The notes under the pieces are model-generated. The model was not told the DNA's origin and made no database searches. It saw only the letters and a list, made by a program, of their open reading frames with translations. Positions 9,165 through 19,800 of a stretch of DNA of 64,000 nt are shown here, in pieces. A program made the translations under genes and the position numbers. How positions within the stretch are numbered: position 1 is the stretch's first letter; the number at the start of each line of letters is the position of its first letter. The stretch is from a virus (lineage: Duplodnaviria > Heunggongvirae > Uroviricota > Caudoviricetes): the IMG/VR virus record IMGVR_UViG_3300006139_000503; one strand, 5' to 3'.

Positions 9165-10511
9165 TTATTTTTCTTGATTTACGAAGGCTTCCCAATCATT
9201 AAACTTTATACGATTATAAAATACCATACCAAAATATGCAGACAGAAATGCAATAAATGTTATTATACAAACATATACCATATTAAAAATGTTCATTTTA
9301 TACCATACTAAAATAGAAGCTGAAAAAATGAAAGCAATTCCAGAAGTTAATTTGACTCTAGGTATATTATTTACAATCCTTTGTTTTACTCTAAATATAT
9401 GTGTATAATTTATAGTTCGCTTTTCTCTGTCGTTTATTATTTCTACATTATACTCATATGTTCCTCTTGCTATATCAAGTGAATGTCCATCTAATATGTT
9501 TTTATATTCTAACAAATCTGGAAATTTTCGTTTTAAACTCTCATAATTTTTTTTATTATACGACGCCGAAATGTATACCCCCATGTCATTAATTTTTTTA
9601 TCCATTATATTTCCAAAAATCAAGCTAATAACATATAAAATAATTGTAGTGATAGCAAATATCACTGGAATTATTTTAGGCGAATCTTTAAGTCCAAACC
9701 AGTATTTTATTTTCTCATTATCCCCCTCAATAATAATTGTAATAATAATTGATAATATATTTGTCGTAATGGTAGAGATTTTCAAAGTTAATAAATAATT
9801 CTCATATCTATCGCGATGCATATATAAAATTTTCTGTAAATATCTCATGTCTTCTAACCGCTTTACTTTATCAAAAGAAATTTTACTTTTATGCCTTTCC
9901 GAAAAAACGTTGGAACCACTCTTATTTACAATTATTTGATAAGCAAAAAAATCTAACATTATAAAAAAATAAAGAATCAATGATTCCCACGCTAATAATA
10001 TGGGAAAATTCAAATTGCATATAAACAAAATAATAACAGCAACGCTAACCATAACTAGTGCCCCAATAAATAATATATAACTTCTAATGACCTCTCTTTT
10101 ATTATGAAGGGTAACCCTCTTTCCTCTTTTGATATTATCTTTGTATATATCCAGCGGAGATATTAATTGCTCTGCCTTAATTTTATATCCATTTACAATT
10201 TCTGAAGGTGATTCATCATTTAATGCAGACAAATAATCTTTAACTATGTTCTTTTTTTTCCTAGTACTTTCAGAATTAATTAAAGCCATGATAACTGACA
10301 GCATAAATACAACTAATTCAATCATTGAAGGTGTTATATTCCAAAAACAAATTTTTTCATTAGAACTAAATGTACTCATAAAAACATATATGGTACAAAC
10401 ACCCATAGCAATAATTTCCAATAAAACTAAAAGCACCTCATGTATTCTCAACTTTTTTAATTTAGCAACGTAAACCGTTAAACTCTTTTCTTCCACTTTA
10501 ACCCCCTTCAT
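9165..10511 (-). CDS. Multi-pass membrane protein of unknown function (AT-rich cassette)
   Basis: 448 aa with several predicted TM helices (e.g. LLVLLEIIAMGVCTIYVFM, ILFIGALVMVSVAVIILFICNL, IIPVIFAITTIILYVISLIFG). Base composition is strongly AT-biased relative to the flanks. Confidence 0.5.
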   Translation of the reverse strand: MKGVKVEEKSLTVYVAKLKKLRIHEVLLVLLEIIAMGVCTIYVFMSTFSSNEKICFWNITPSMIELVVFMLSVIMALINSESTRKKKNIVKDYLSALNDESPSEIVNGYKIKAEQLISPLDIYKDNIKRGKRVTLHNKREVIRSYILFIGALVMVSVAVIILFICNLNFPILLAWESLILYFFIMLDFFAYQIIVNKSGSNVFSERHKSKISFDKVKRLEDMRYLQKILYMHRDRYENYLLTLKISTITTNILSIIITIIIEGDNEKIKYWFGLKDSPKIIPVIFAITTIILYVISLIFGNIMDKKINDMGVYISASYNKKNYESLKRKFPDLLEYKNILDGHSLDIARGTYEYNVEIINDREKRTINYTHIFRVKQRIVNNIPRVKLTSGIAFIFSASILVWYKMNIFNMVYVCIITFIAFLSAYFGMVFYNRIKFNDWEAFVNQEK

Positions 10512-10989
10512 CTAAAAGCAACATTTTAAAGCTATAAAATCTTTTCCATAATATTATAATATCACTAAGATGATAGTAAATCAACAGGCTTCTGGTTTTT
10601 ATATTACTAACACAACATTCATAAAACTTAATATCTTTGTCTTCTTTTCTATTCCTTCAGAAACGCATATTACACCGAAAGCCGCTACACTCCTGCAGCG
10701 GCTTCCTATCTTTTCATTTATTCATTACAGGCGCACTTCAATACCTCTTCTTTCAAGGCCTGTTCAAGCTTCTTTTTATTCGCCTCCATCAGTACCTTGA
10801 TTATGTAATCAGCCGTGACTTCTGGCGTATTTGGATTATGAAAACGATAATTCAACTTTTTCTTTTTAGAAATAGCGGCCACCTCCCTTTTACTGCCCCT
10901 TTGCGTTTCTCTAACTTATGAAGCGAAATCCTGAAATAGTCCTAAAGTTCGTCCGAAAAGTGATTCAATTCATTTTACAGCCATGCTTG

Positions 10990-11547
10990 TCAGGAATGGA
11001 CACTTTCCCACCTATTCCCGTCCTCCCATAATATAATCCTGCCAGCCTTTCTAGTCTTATCCATATTAATTATCCTCTGATTTGATGACCCCCGGAACTT
11101 CAACATAATATCCGCCAGCTCATCTATATATTTTCCTTCCACAAGCACGTCTATCATCCCCAGGAAGTCATCTGTAGTCCCGCATCGGCAGTGTTCTTTA
11201 TCATCCAGCAACTTTTCAAGTGTATATCCTGTATAGCACCATACATCTTTATCCGGGTATGTACTCCTGATGCGGCGAAGCAGCCGCAGGAGCACGGGCT
11301 GGTTCTCTGGCTCCATTGGCTCTCCTCCCAGTAAAGTTATCCCTTGGATATATGGTCTGGATAACAGTTCCATAATATGTTCTTGCGTTTCCTTCGTAAA
11401 CAATGTCCCATACTGAAAATTCCATGTCTCCGGCTGAAAACAATTCTTACAATGATTCCTGCATCCTGATACAAAAAGTGATACCCGGATGCCCGCCCCA
11501 TTTGCAATGTCAAGGTCTGCTATCTTCCCATAATACAATTTACTCAC
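10990..11547 (-). CDS. nrdG: Anaerobic ribonucleoside-triphosphate reductase activating protein (radical SAM)
   Basis: Motif GIRVSLFVSGCRNHCKNCFQPETW (CxxxCxxC radical-SAM cluster). The probable start is a GTG at about 11547 that overlaps the nrdD stop, so the start is uncertain. Confidence 0.75.
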   Translation of the reverse strand: MSKLYYGKIADLDIANGAGIRVSLFVSGCRNHCKNCFQPETWNFQYGTLFTKETQEHIMELLSRPYIQGITLLGGEPMEPENQPVLLRLLRRIRSTYPDKDVWCYTGYTLEKLLDDKEHCRCGTTDDFLGMIDVLVEGKYIDELADIMLKFRGSSNQRIINMDKTRKAGRIILWEDGNRWESVHS

Positions 11548-13795
11548 CGCCCCCAAGATGCACGTAACGTTCTTTGATTTCCTGCGTCCTTCCCTGGTTC
11601 CAGTCATTCGTGCCGATATACCCGCAAGTCCTGCGTGCGATATTCATTTTACTTTTGTCTCTATTCCGGCAATAGGGACACTCCCATATAAGTTTCCCAT
11701 CCTCATTCTCAACAATGGAAATCTCCCCGTCATACCCGCATACCTGGCAATAATCAGACTTTGTATTCAGTTCTGCATACATGATATGCTCATATATGTA
11801 CTGCATAACCGCGAGTACAGCATCAACATTTCCATTCAAATTCGATGTTTCAATATAAGAGATTGCTCCTCCAGGGCTTAACAACTGAAACTCTGCCTCA
11901 AATGCCAACTTTTCAAAAGCATTGATATGCTCCGCCACATGCACATGGTAAGAATTCGTGATATATCCTTTATCCGTAATACCCTCAATTACCCCAAAAC
12001 GTTTCTGCAGGCTCTTTGCAAACTTATATGTTGTGGACTCCAGCGGAGTCCCATACAGAGAATAGTCGATATTCTCTGCCGCTTTCCATTCCCGGCATTT
12101 ATCATTCATATACTGCATAACACGCAACGCAAACGGTTTTGCCTCTTCGTCCGTGTGACTCTTCCCGGTCATAGCCTTTACGCATTCGTACAGTCCGGCA
12201 TATCCAAGAGAAATGGTAGAATATCCGCCGTAGAGCAGCCTGTCAATCGTCTCTCCCTTTTTCAGCCTTGCCAACGCACCATTCTGCCAATGGATTGGCG
12301 ATGCATCTGATAACGTCCCAAGCAGCCTTTCATGCCTAAGGCGCAATGCCCTGTGGCACAGCTCCAGCCTTTCCTCAAAAATCCTCCAGAAAATTTCTTC
12401 CCTCGCATCCGCCCACTGTTCATCGTCCACATATGCACCCCCGTCTGTAGCCATCCTCTGTATGGCAGACAGCGCTACATCCGGAAGGTTGATTGTTACA
12501 ACGCCCTGATTAAAGCGGCCATAATATTTAGGTTTCCCATTTTCATCTACATACGGGGTCAGGAATGACCTGCATCCCATACAGGTATAACAATGCCCCT
12601 CACCATTCTTGTCAACTTTATTCTGGAGCATGATTTTCTCTGAAATGTAATCCGGCACTAGCCTCTTTGCAGAACACTTTGCACACAACTGGGTCAGATA
12701 CCAATACTTGCTGTCCGGCGTAATATTATCTTCTTCCAAAACATAAATCAGCTTCGGAAATGCCGGGGTAATCCATACACCCTTCTCATTCTTTACGCCC
12801 TCATACCGCTGTCTTACCACTTCCTCAATAATCATAGCGAGGTCATTTTTCGTCTGCTCATCCCGGACTTCATTAAGATACATAAATACCGTAATGAATG
12901 GTGCCTGCCCATTTGTGGTCATCAGCGTGACAACCTGGTACTGTATAGTCTGTACCCCTTTGCGTATTTCCTCCCGCAGCCTTGCATCAACTATATTCAT
13001 GTATTCCGATAGTTCAGCCTCACCCTGAGGTTCGCACCCAGTGAACGCAATGTATTCTTCCATTACCTGTTGCTTAATTTTCTGGCGGCTTATATCAACA
13101 AACGGCGCTAAGTGCGCAAGGCTGATGGACTGCCCGCCATACTGGTTCGATGCCACCTGTGCCACAATCTGCGTAGCCACATTGCAGGCGGTGCTGAAAC
13201 TGTGGGGCTTTTCAATCATCGTATCTGAGATGACTGTCCCATTCTGGAGCATATCCTCAAGATTAATCAGGCAGCAGTTAAACATGCGCTGCACAAAGTA
13301 ATCTGAGTCGTGGAAGTGGATGATTCCCTCATCATCCGCATGGCGGATATCCTTTGGGAGCAAAAGGCGGGCTGTCATATCACGGCTTACCTCCCCAGCG
13401 ATATAGTCCCTCTGTGTCGACTGGATGGCTGGATTTTTGTTGGAATTCTCCTGAATGGCAACCTCATTCACACCATCAACCAATGTCAGAATCTTCCCGT
13501 CTATCGTACTGCTGTTCCTCATCATTTCATGTTCGTGCCTGTACCGGATGTACGCCTTCGCGATATCATACGCCTGTTCCACCATAAGTTCCATCTCAAC
13601 ATCATCCTGGATTTCCTCAACAGACAGTGCCTGGCTCCTTTCCCTGTACCGCGCATCCAGCCTATCGGACACTAATACGGCAATATTTTGATACCCGCTG
13701 TCGCCAGTCACTTCTTTTACCGCCTTCTCAACTGCAGTTTGTATTTTACATTTCTTATACCGCTCTTCCTGGCCATTTCTTTTAATTACAATCAT
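11540..13795 (-). CDS. nrdD: Anaerobic ribonucleoside-triphosphate reductase (class III RNR) with N-terminal ATP-cone
   Basis: 751 aa. It opens with an ATP-cone (MIVIKRNGQEERYKKCKIQTAV). It has the glycyl-radical family architecture and a C-terminal Zn-ribbon (CQVCGYDGE...CPYC). Confidence 0.9.
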   Translation of the reverse strand: MIVIKRNGQEERYKKCKIQTAVEKAVKEVTGDSGYQNIAVLVSDRLDARYRERSQALSVEEIQDDVEMELMVEQAYDIAKAYIRYRHEHEMMRNSSTIDGKILTLVDGVNEVAIQENSNKNPAIQSTQRDYIAGEVSRDMTARLLLPKDIRHADDEGIIHFHDSDYFVQRMFNCCLINLEDMLQNGTVISDTMIEKPHSFSTACNVATQIVAQVASNQYGGQSISLAHLAPFVDISRQKIKQQVMEEYIAFTGCEPQGEAELSEYMNIVDARLREEIRKGVQTIQYQVVTLMTTNGQAPFITVFMYLNEVRDEQTKNDLAMIIEEVVRQRYEGVKNEKGVWITPAFPKLIYVLEEDNITPDSKYWYLTQLCAKCSAKRLVPDYISEKIMLQNKVDKNGEGHCYTCMGCRSFLTPYVDENGKPKYYGRFNQGVVTINLPDVALSAIQRMATDGGAYVDDEQWADAREEIFWRIFEERLELCHRALRLRHERLLGTLSDASPIHWQNGALARLKKGETIDRLLYGGYSTISLGYAGLYECVKAMTGKSHTDEEAKPFALRVMQYMNDKCREWKAAENIDYSLYGTPLESTTYKFAKSLQKRFGVIEGITDKGYITNSYHVHVAEHINAFEKLAFEAEFQLLSPGGAISYIETSNLNGNVDAVLAVMQYIYEHIMYAELNTKSDYCQVCGYDGEISIVENEDGKLIWECPYCRNRDKSKMNIARRTCGYIGTNDWNQGRTQEIKERYVHLGGGE

Positions 13796-14348
13796 CCTGT
13801 ATCTCCTTTTCTATGCTCTTCAAAATACTGTAAACATCATCCCATGATTTTGCCCTGATAATTCCATATTTCTCTTCCTCGAACTTGCGGTTATGCGGGA
13901 CATCAAACAAAATTCCCCTGTAACTGCCACCGATAAGATTCCCCGGATAGTCGTCAACCAGGACGTCCCCCATGACCATTTGCTTTCTCGAAGTTATTAT
14001 CACATTTTCATATGGAACAAATGGGAAATGCCTCAGCAACACGTTCCTCATTTTCATCCTGATGCTGTCATAATGCGATGCGGTCACAATCACTATATCG
14101 TGCCCTTCATCCATTAATTTCTTAATGTAATGTGCCGCGCCGGGCAGAGGCTCCACACTTTCCCACAAAGATTCTTCTAACAGCGGGGCATATATCTGCT
14201 CTTTCGATAATTCAGGGTAAGCTTTCTGCATGTCCCAGTCTTTAATATCATCCCGGCATACACCTATACCATACCTGCCTTTAAGGCATCCTGTCCATGC
14301 ATCCAAAAGCCCGCTGATTGTCTCGTCCATATCTACAAGAATTGTCAA
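13782..14348 (-). CDS. 5'(3')-deoxyribonucleotidase (HAD superfamily)
   Basis: N-terminal HAD motif ILVDMDETISGL. 188 aa. The position within the nucleotide-metabolism module supports the call. Confidence 0.6.
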   Translation of the reverse strand: MTILVDMDETISGLLDAWTGCLKGRYGIGVCRDDIKDWDMQKAYPELSKEQIYAPLLEESLWESVEPLPGAAHYIKKLMDEGHDIVIVTASHYDSIRMKMRNVLLRHFPFVPYENVIITSRKQMVMGDVLVDDYPGNLIGGSYRGILFDVPHNRKFEEEKYGIIRAKSWDDVYSILKSIEKEIQDDCN

Positions 14349-14359
14349 TCCAACACCCC

Positions 14360-15187
14360 CTAATCCAACAAATCAGCCATCTCCGCTGTCTCGCTACGTT
14401 CTGTCTTGAGCAGCTTCACATATCCGAAACGTGGATGTCCCTTCAATCTGTCTACTGCTTCCATAAGCCCGCTGTTCTTCCTGAATACATCCGCATCGCA
14501 CTGTCTGAAATCACCATTAAGCCATAAGGCCGAACCATCCCCAACACGACCAAGCAGCAACTGGATATGTTCTTTCGTCATATTCTCACATTCCGAGCAG
14601 ATGATAATGGAGTTCTTAATATCGCGCCCCCGGATAAATCCGAGATGCACAATGTCAATTTTCCCCTGGCTTATCATGAAGCTTAACCCGTCAACCCCGC
14701 CCAGATGGTCAGCAAGCGGCATGGCAAAAGGAAGAAGTTTCTCATTATATGACCCCGGCAGAAATCCGATGGGTTTTGAATCTTTCACCTCAATATTGTT
14801 CCTCACATATACGATTTTCTCAAATCTCTCCTGCTCTATGAGGTCAATTGCTGCTGCGCACATCAGAAAATCCTTGCCTGTGCCAAATTTCCCCGCAATA
14901 ATCTTGACAGTCATATAGTCGTCATACAGCATGTCGATGGCAAGATGCTGCTGAAGGTTCCTGGGTTTGACCTTCCCCATGAAATGCGTCTGGATTGTTT
15001 TGTAAGGAATCCTCCTCATCCCATACCCATCGCATTTGAACATATCAATTAAGTTTTCATTTTCATCCACGGCTATCATGTATTCGTTCTGGATACAGCC
15101 AAATGTGTTGTTTGATTCCGGGAGGTAGAGGTCATTGACCTCATCCCCGGATACTTTCATATTTTTAAAGCCAAGATACTCGCCCAT
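14360..15187 (-). CDS. phoH: PhoH-like ATPase
   Basis: Walker A IIAGKFGTGKDFL and the conserved PhoH core (GFLPGSYNEKLLPFAMPLADHLGG, VHLGFIRGRDIKNSIIICSE). Confidence 0.8.
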   Translation of the reverse strand: MGEYLGFKNMKVSGDEVNDLYLPESNNTFGCIQNEYMIAVDENENLIDMFKCDGYGMRRIPYKTIQTHFMGKVKPRNLQQHLAIDMLYDDYMTVKIIAGKFGTGKDFLMCAAAIDLIEQERFEKIVYVRNNIEVKDSKPIGFLPGSYNEKLLPFAMPLADHLGGVDGLSFMISQGKIDIVHLGFIRGRDIKNSIIICSECENMTKEHIQLLLGRVGDGSALWLNGDFRQCDADVFRKNSGLMEAVDRLKGHPRFGYVKLLKTERSETAEMADLLD

Positions 15188-15197
15188 AAAAGCCTCC

Positions 15198-15839
15198 TTA
15201 AACTATGTCATCCATGTCGCAGTCTACACCCAAAATGTAATCGCAGAAACCTTTCTCCTTTGCCTCATCCGCAAAGAGATACCACTCCACACGAAGTTTG
15301 CTGTCGTATTCCTCTTCTGTAATATGGCTACGCTCAACCACGTACTGCCGGATGCGGGCTTCTACTTTCTTCTGGAATTCCATCTTGTCCTGTGCTTTCG
15401 CCCCTGAATCCCAAATGAAGTTCGAACCATCATGCATAAGGAACTTCGCATTCGGAACTGCAAACCGCTTATGCCCTGCAAGCCCGATAAGGAATCCCAT
15501 GCTATACTGATATCCGAGATTGACCGTGTACACCGGGGTCTTGCTCCCTCTAATAACATCAATCAGCTCAAACCCTGCGTCTATTTCTCCGCCATTGGAT
15601 GCGACATAAAGGATAATCGGTTTGCGCTCTTCTATAGATTTCCCTTTGTCCTCTGCATTGTACTGCATAATATGCTTCGCGATATTCCCGGCGGAAATCT
15701 GTTCAACGTCCGTATCCAGGAACAATTTCCTCTGCTTCAGGTCTTTTAAGTAAAACAGTTCCTCGACCATCCCTCCCGAAGTAAGAATCTCATCCAATGT
15801 AATATCAATGTCATAATAGCCCCTGTTATCTCTTTTCAT
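15198..15839 (-). CDS. ClpP-family serine peptidase-like protein
   Basis: ClpP/S14-like core (ILYVASNGGEIDAGFELIDVIRGSKTPVYTVNLGYQYSMGFLIGLAG). The start was chosen at the internal ATG with AGGAGG 9 nt upstream. The longer track ORF overlaps the upstream gene. Confidence 0.55.
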   Translation of the reverse strand: MKRDNRGYYDIDITLDEILTSGGMVEELFYLKDLKQRKLFLDTDVEQISAGNIAKHIMQYNAEDKGKSIEERKPIILYVASNGGEIDAGFELIDVIRGSKTPVYTVNLGYQYSMGFLIGLAGHKRFAVPNAKFLMHDGSNFIWDSGAKAQDKMEFQKKVEARIRQYVVERSHITEEEYDSKLRVEWYLFADEAKEKGFCDYILGVDCDMDDIV

Positions 15840-15852
15840 AATTTTCATCCTC

Positions 15853-16224
15853 CTATTCGTGCCCGCATCCATATTCATAGTGCGGCATATCATCCAGTTC
15901 AAGCTGCCCAAGTTCCTGATGGTGCATAATCGCAAAGATATTCCACGCCGTAGCAGCCAAGTGGTCTTCATCTGTCATGCCCATTACATATTTGTCGAGA
16001 TGCCGTTTCGCTGAATCTACATACCTTGAAAATGGCATACCCTTTTCCCAGTTACGGTCGGCATATTTTTTTGCACCCTCTTCGTAATGCTGCGCCAGAC
16101 GCCTCATTGCAAAAGGCGACACAAGGTCATATCTTCCCTTACCTGCATTTGGTTCCCTGACTGCCATCCCTTCCCCATACGACATACGTTCTCCGCTGTC
16201 ATCGAGGTTTGTCTGTCCCCCCAT
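15853..16224 (-). CDS. dATP/dGTP pyrophosphohydrolase-like protein (phage nucleotide metabolism)
   Basis: Motif RYDLVSPFAMRRLAQHYEEGAKKYADRNWEKG matches the dATP/dGTP diphosphohydrolase N-terminal domain family. 123 aa. Confidence 0.5.
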   Translation of the reverse strand: MGGQTNLDDSGERMSYGEGMAVREPNAGKGRYDLVSPFAMRRLAQHYEEGAKKYADRNWEKGMPFSRYVDSAKRHLDKYVMGMTDEDHLAATAWNIFAIMHHQELGQLELDDMPHYEYGCGHE

Positions 16225-16227
16225 TTT

Positions 16228-16797
16228 CTACACCCCCTTTTCATTTTGGGCTACAGATTTCTCTCCGCTGACGCCACAATATGCACGGTTCATCCCACAG
16301 CAGTTAAACTCATCACATAAACCGCCCCGGTATACACAGTTAGGAACAAGCAGTCCCTCAAATTCAGGACTCGCTTTAACCACCTCGTCACATATCATCT
16401 GCACGATTTCTCTTGTTTCTTCTGAAGCCTGCATACACAGTCTTTTATGCGCGACTGTAATAAGCTCCTCTGCATTCATATACCAGCACATCGTTACCGG
16501 GGCGTTTTGCGGCGCGGTGTTCCTGTCATATTTATCCTGCCTGTCCACCCTCTGGGTAGAAACAAACGGAGTCGCATGTACATGCCGTGCAAGATGGACA
16601 GAAACCCAATATGGGATGTCCGTCAGCTTAAAGCAGAACTGCAGGACACGAATCGGTGAATGGCCGGATTTTAACAGTTTCACTTTCCAGTCATGGCTCG
16701 GCGGAGCCACCCCCGTTTTTGACACCGTAACTAATGTACATGTCTTGCATAATGCCCAATCTTCTTCTGTTGGATGTTTTAATATCTCAAGTTTCAT
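16228..16797 (-). CDS. thyX: Flavin-dependent thymidylate synthase-like protein (ThyX family, short)
   Basis: The segment FCFKLTDIPYWVSVHLARHVHATPFVSTQRVDRQ resembles the ThyX motif (RHR-x7-S). At 189 aa it is shorter than canonical ThyX. Confidence 0.5.
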   Translation of the reverse strand: MKLEILKHPTEEDWALCKTCTLVTVSKTGVAPPSHDWKVKLLKSGHSPIRVLQFCFKLTDIPYWVSVHLARHVHATPFVSTQRVDRQDKYDRNTAPQNAPVTMCWYMNAEELITVAHKRLCMQASEETREIVQMICDEVVKASPEFEGLLVPNCVYRGGLCDEFNCCGMNRAYCGVSGEKSVAQNEKGV

Positions 16798-16833
16798 CTC
16801 TTTCTCCTTTTGAATTATTTAATTATCTTTATT

Positions 16834-19800
16834 TCACGTTTGAAACATCTTTGCGTAACTCGTCATGCGGAAATATTGCCCATCTATTTCATAGTTTTTA
16901 CAATATATGATATCGCCTTTTTTCACCGGCTCTTTGTCATATACCCTGTTCAATACAGTAAATCTGCTCTCTATTCCGCTTCCGATGGATTTTGTAACTA
17001 CCGAAAAACCAAACTGCTTTTTATCTTTCTTACGTACAAGCACATACACATCAAGTACATATAGCTTCGGCCTGTCCTCCTCTTTGCCAGAAACATACCC
17101 CGCATATCCCATAACTTCTTCAAAATTCTGTACCTTGAGCAAAAGGCTTAAATCTTCCATATGCATAGCTTTTATAGCATCCTCTGTCTCACGTAGTATA
17201 GATTCGACATCCAACAGTGTATAACTTTTCGCTACACCTCCAGATTTCGTCATACCGACAGCATACTTTGATACAATTGGCTCTAAAGCCGTCCCATCGA
17301 CCTTTTCCTTATTGATTTTCTTCGCCTGCCCTTTCTTGAACATCCCGTAGAACAAGTCCGCAATCCTTATCAGCTCCCTTTGGTTGCCAAATTCAGAGAA
17401 AAAGTCAATTTTAATGAGAATATCCAACTGCCTTGTGTTTAGTGAAGATTTTGTGTCAATAGCGGTAAGCACATCCACAAACCTGGTGTATTTTCCCTCG
17501 TGTGCTATACGGAATATCTCTTCTGCCACCCCTGAACTCATATATTTAATAGAAGAAATCCCTTTTGCTATGATATTCCTGTCCTTATCAAAGAAATATT
17601 CCCCTTTCGACACTCCCCACTTAGGCATTGTGACCTGGATGCCAATTTTATTAGCGTATGATGTTCCGCTCTTGATATCATCATCATTTGCGGCATTGTT
17701 TAGGAATGCTGTAATAAACTCCAGCGGAAAATAGTATCGGTAATATGCACAAAGATAACCCAACAGGCAGTAAGCAATGCTATGATTATAGCCAAACTGA
17801 TAGCTTGCACTATCTTCAATAATTTGTAAAAATTCTTTTGCTTCGCTTTCTGCAATCTCCCGCGGCTGAGGCGACTTATTACAATACCCTTCAAGGATAG
17901 ACGGCATTGCCGCATCTAACCTATCTTTCTGCTTTCTTCCAATTGCCCGCCGGATATTATCAGCCTCGCTTCCAGACAGACCACAAATTTCCTGTAGGAA
18001 TTTAATCGTGTCCTCCTGGTAAATCAGATAACCAAGGTTATCCTTCAGCAGCTCGTCGATTATCGCAGATGGATTCTTATGCGGCTGTCTTGCCAATAAC
18101 GCATCCCTATACGATGTCCCGGAAGGCCTGATACACGCTGTAACAATGGACATATCAAATATGCTCTTCGGCGCAAACCGCTTTAAACACTCAAACGCAA
18201 AAACCCCTTCAAACTGAAATATGCCAGATGGGTTCCGAACCATGCTTTCCCACACCCTTTTGTCGCACCAGTCTACCTCATGTGTCTTTGGATATGGCTT
18301 GCCCAGATAACGGCATGTGTCCCGGATTACCTGTACTGTCTTTAATATAAGGAAGTCATACTTCGCAAGCCCAGTATAATCATGGACATTTTCCATATCC
18401 AGCATCAGGCAAATCTCACCGTCCTTCTCAAATACCCCGAAGTTATCATTTAGTGTAATAGGGCTGATTACCATGCCTGCTGGATGTACGGATTGAGAAA
18501 TCTTTGTCCCTAGAAGCCCGTCAAAGTAATAGAAAAGTTCCGGGTACTTCTGTTTTGTCTTGTCAGGGTCAGCTGCATACTCATCTTTAATCCTGGCGAT
18601 ATCCTTTAACGACCAGGGGTTATTTGGGACTTCTTTATCAAAGTATCTCCCTTCATGGGTATCCCATACTTTTTCGCCATTATAGTGCTCTGCGTTCCAT
18701 TTCTTTGCCAGATACCGCCCCACTTCATCAATAACACCTTTATCCTGCAGCGTCCCAAACGATGCTACGCGGGCTGTCCTATCCCGTCCAAACCGCTTGA
18801 CGATATGTTCAAAAATCGCAGGCCGGTCAGACTCAACGCAATCAATATCAATATCCCCAATCTCTATACGGTCTTCATTACAAAACCGCGAGAATACCGT
18901 GTTCCATGTTTCAGGGTTTAGGTCGATAATATCCATTACATATGCTACCCTTGAGCCGCCAACCGAGCCTCTGGCCGTCCCGATTGCCATTCCCTGCTCC
19001 TTGCACCACGAAATCAGTTCAGACATGGAAAGCATGAAACCATCCATCTCCAGTTTCCTGAATACACGCATCTCTTCTTCTATTGCCGTCCTGAACGCTG
19101 CCTCCTGACTTCTCGGAATAATTCCGGCCTCAAGCTTTTCGTCCAGTTTCCGATGCGCCGTTTCTGTAAATATCTTTGAATCCGCCTTCCTTGTTCCATA
19201 CAGAATCGGATATTTGATAGAAGTATCAAGTTCGATATCTTCCGTCATATCATATAAAAGACGCGTATTGGAAATCGCCTGCATGTATTCATCTTCTGGC
19301 AAAGCGTTCTGTGCCCTAAACATCTCCACAAGCTCATCATACGTTTTATAGCTCAAGTCAAAGGCATCCTCATCCCCATACGACTTACCTTTTGCAGATA
19401 TCAGCACCGAGCGGCATTCTGCCTTATACTTTGATGAGCTATGCGTGTCTGTGCCAGCTATTAATGGCGTCCCAATATCTCGTGAAAGTTTCAGAAGCCG
19501 CCTGTTAAACGCAACCTGGTCTGGATGGTTATGTGGTTGTATTTCGAAAAAATCATACTTTCTTGCCAATTCCATATATCTTGGATGGTCTTCCGGCAGC
19601 TTATTCAGCGGTGATGCAAGACAGGCACTTGTCGATATGATGTTATCTGAAATGCCCAGAAATTCATCAAACGTAATCCTATTGGTATAATAAGAATGCT
19701 CCTTATTACACGACAGGCTGACCAGCTTATTCAGTTCCATTACACCTTCCATATTCCTTGCCATCAGCACCGTATGGTAGTTGTCACGTACTTTTGGTTC

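Noticed and set aside
10700-10890. Possible ~50-aa minus-strand ORF in the 10.5-11.0 kb gap (…KLNYRFHNPNTPEVTADYIIKVLMEANKKKLEQALKEEVLKCACNE)
   Set aside because: I could not identify a convincing start codon with correct SD spacing, so I left it unannotated.
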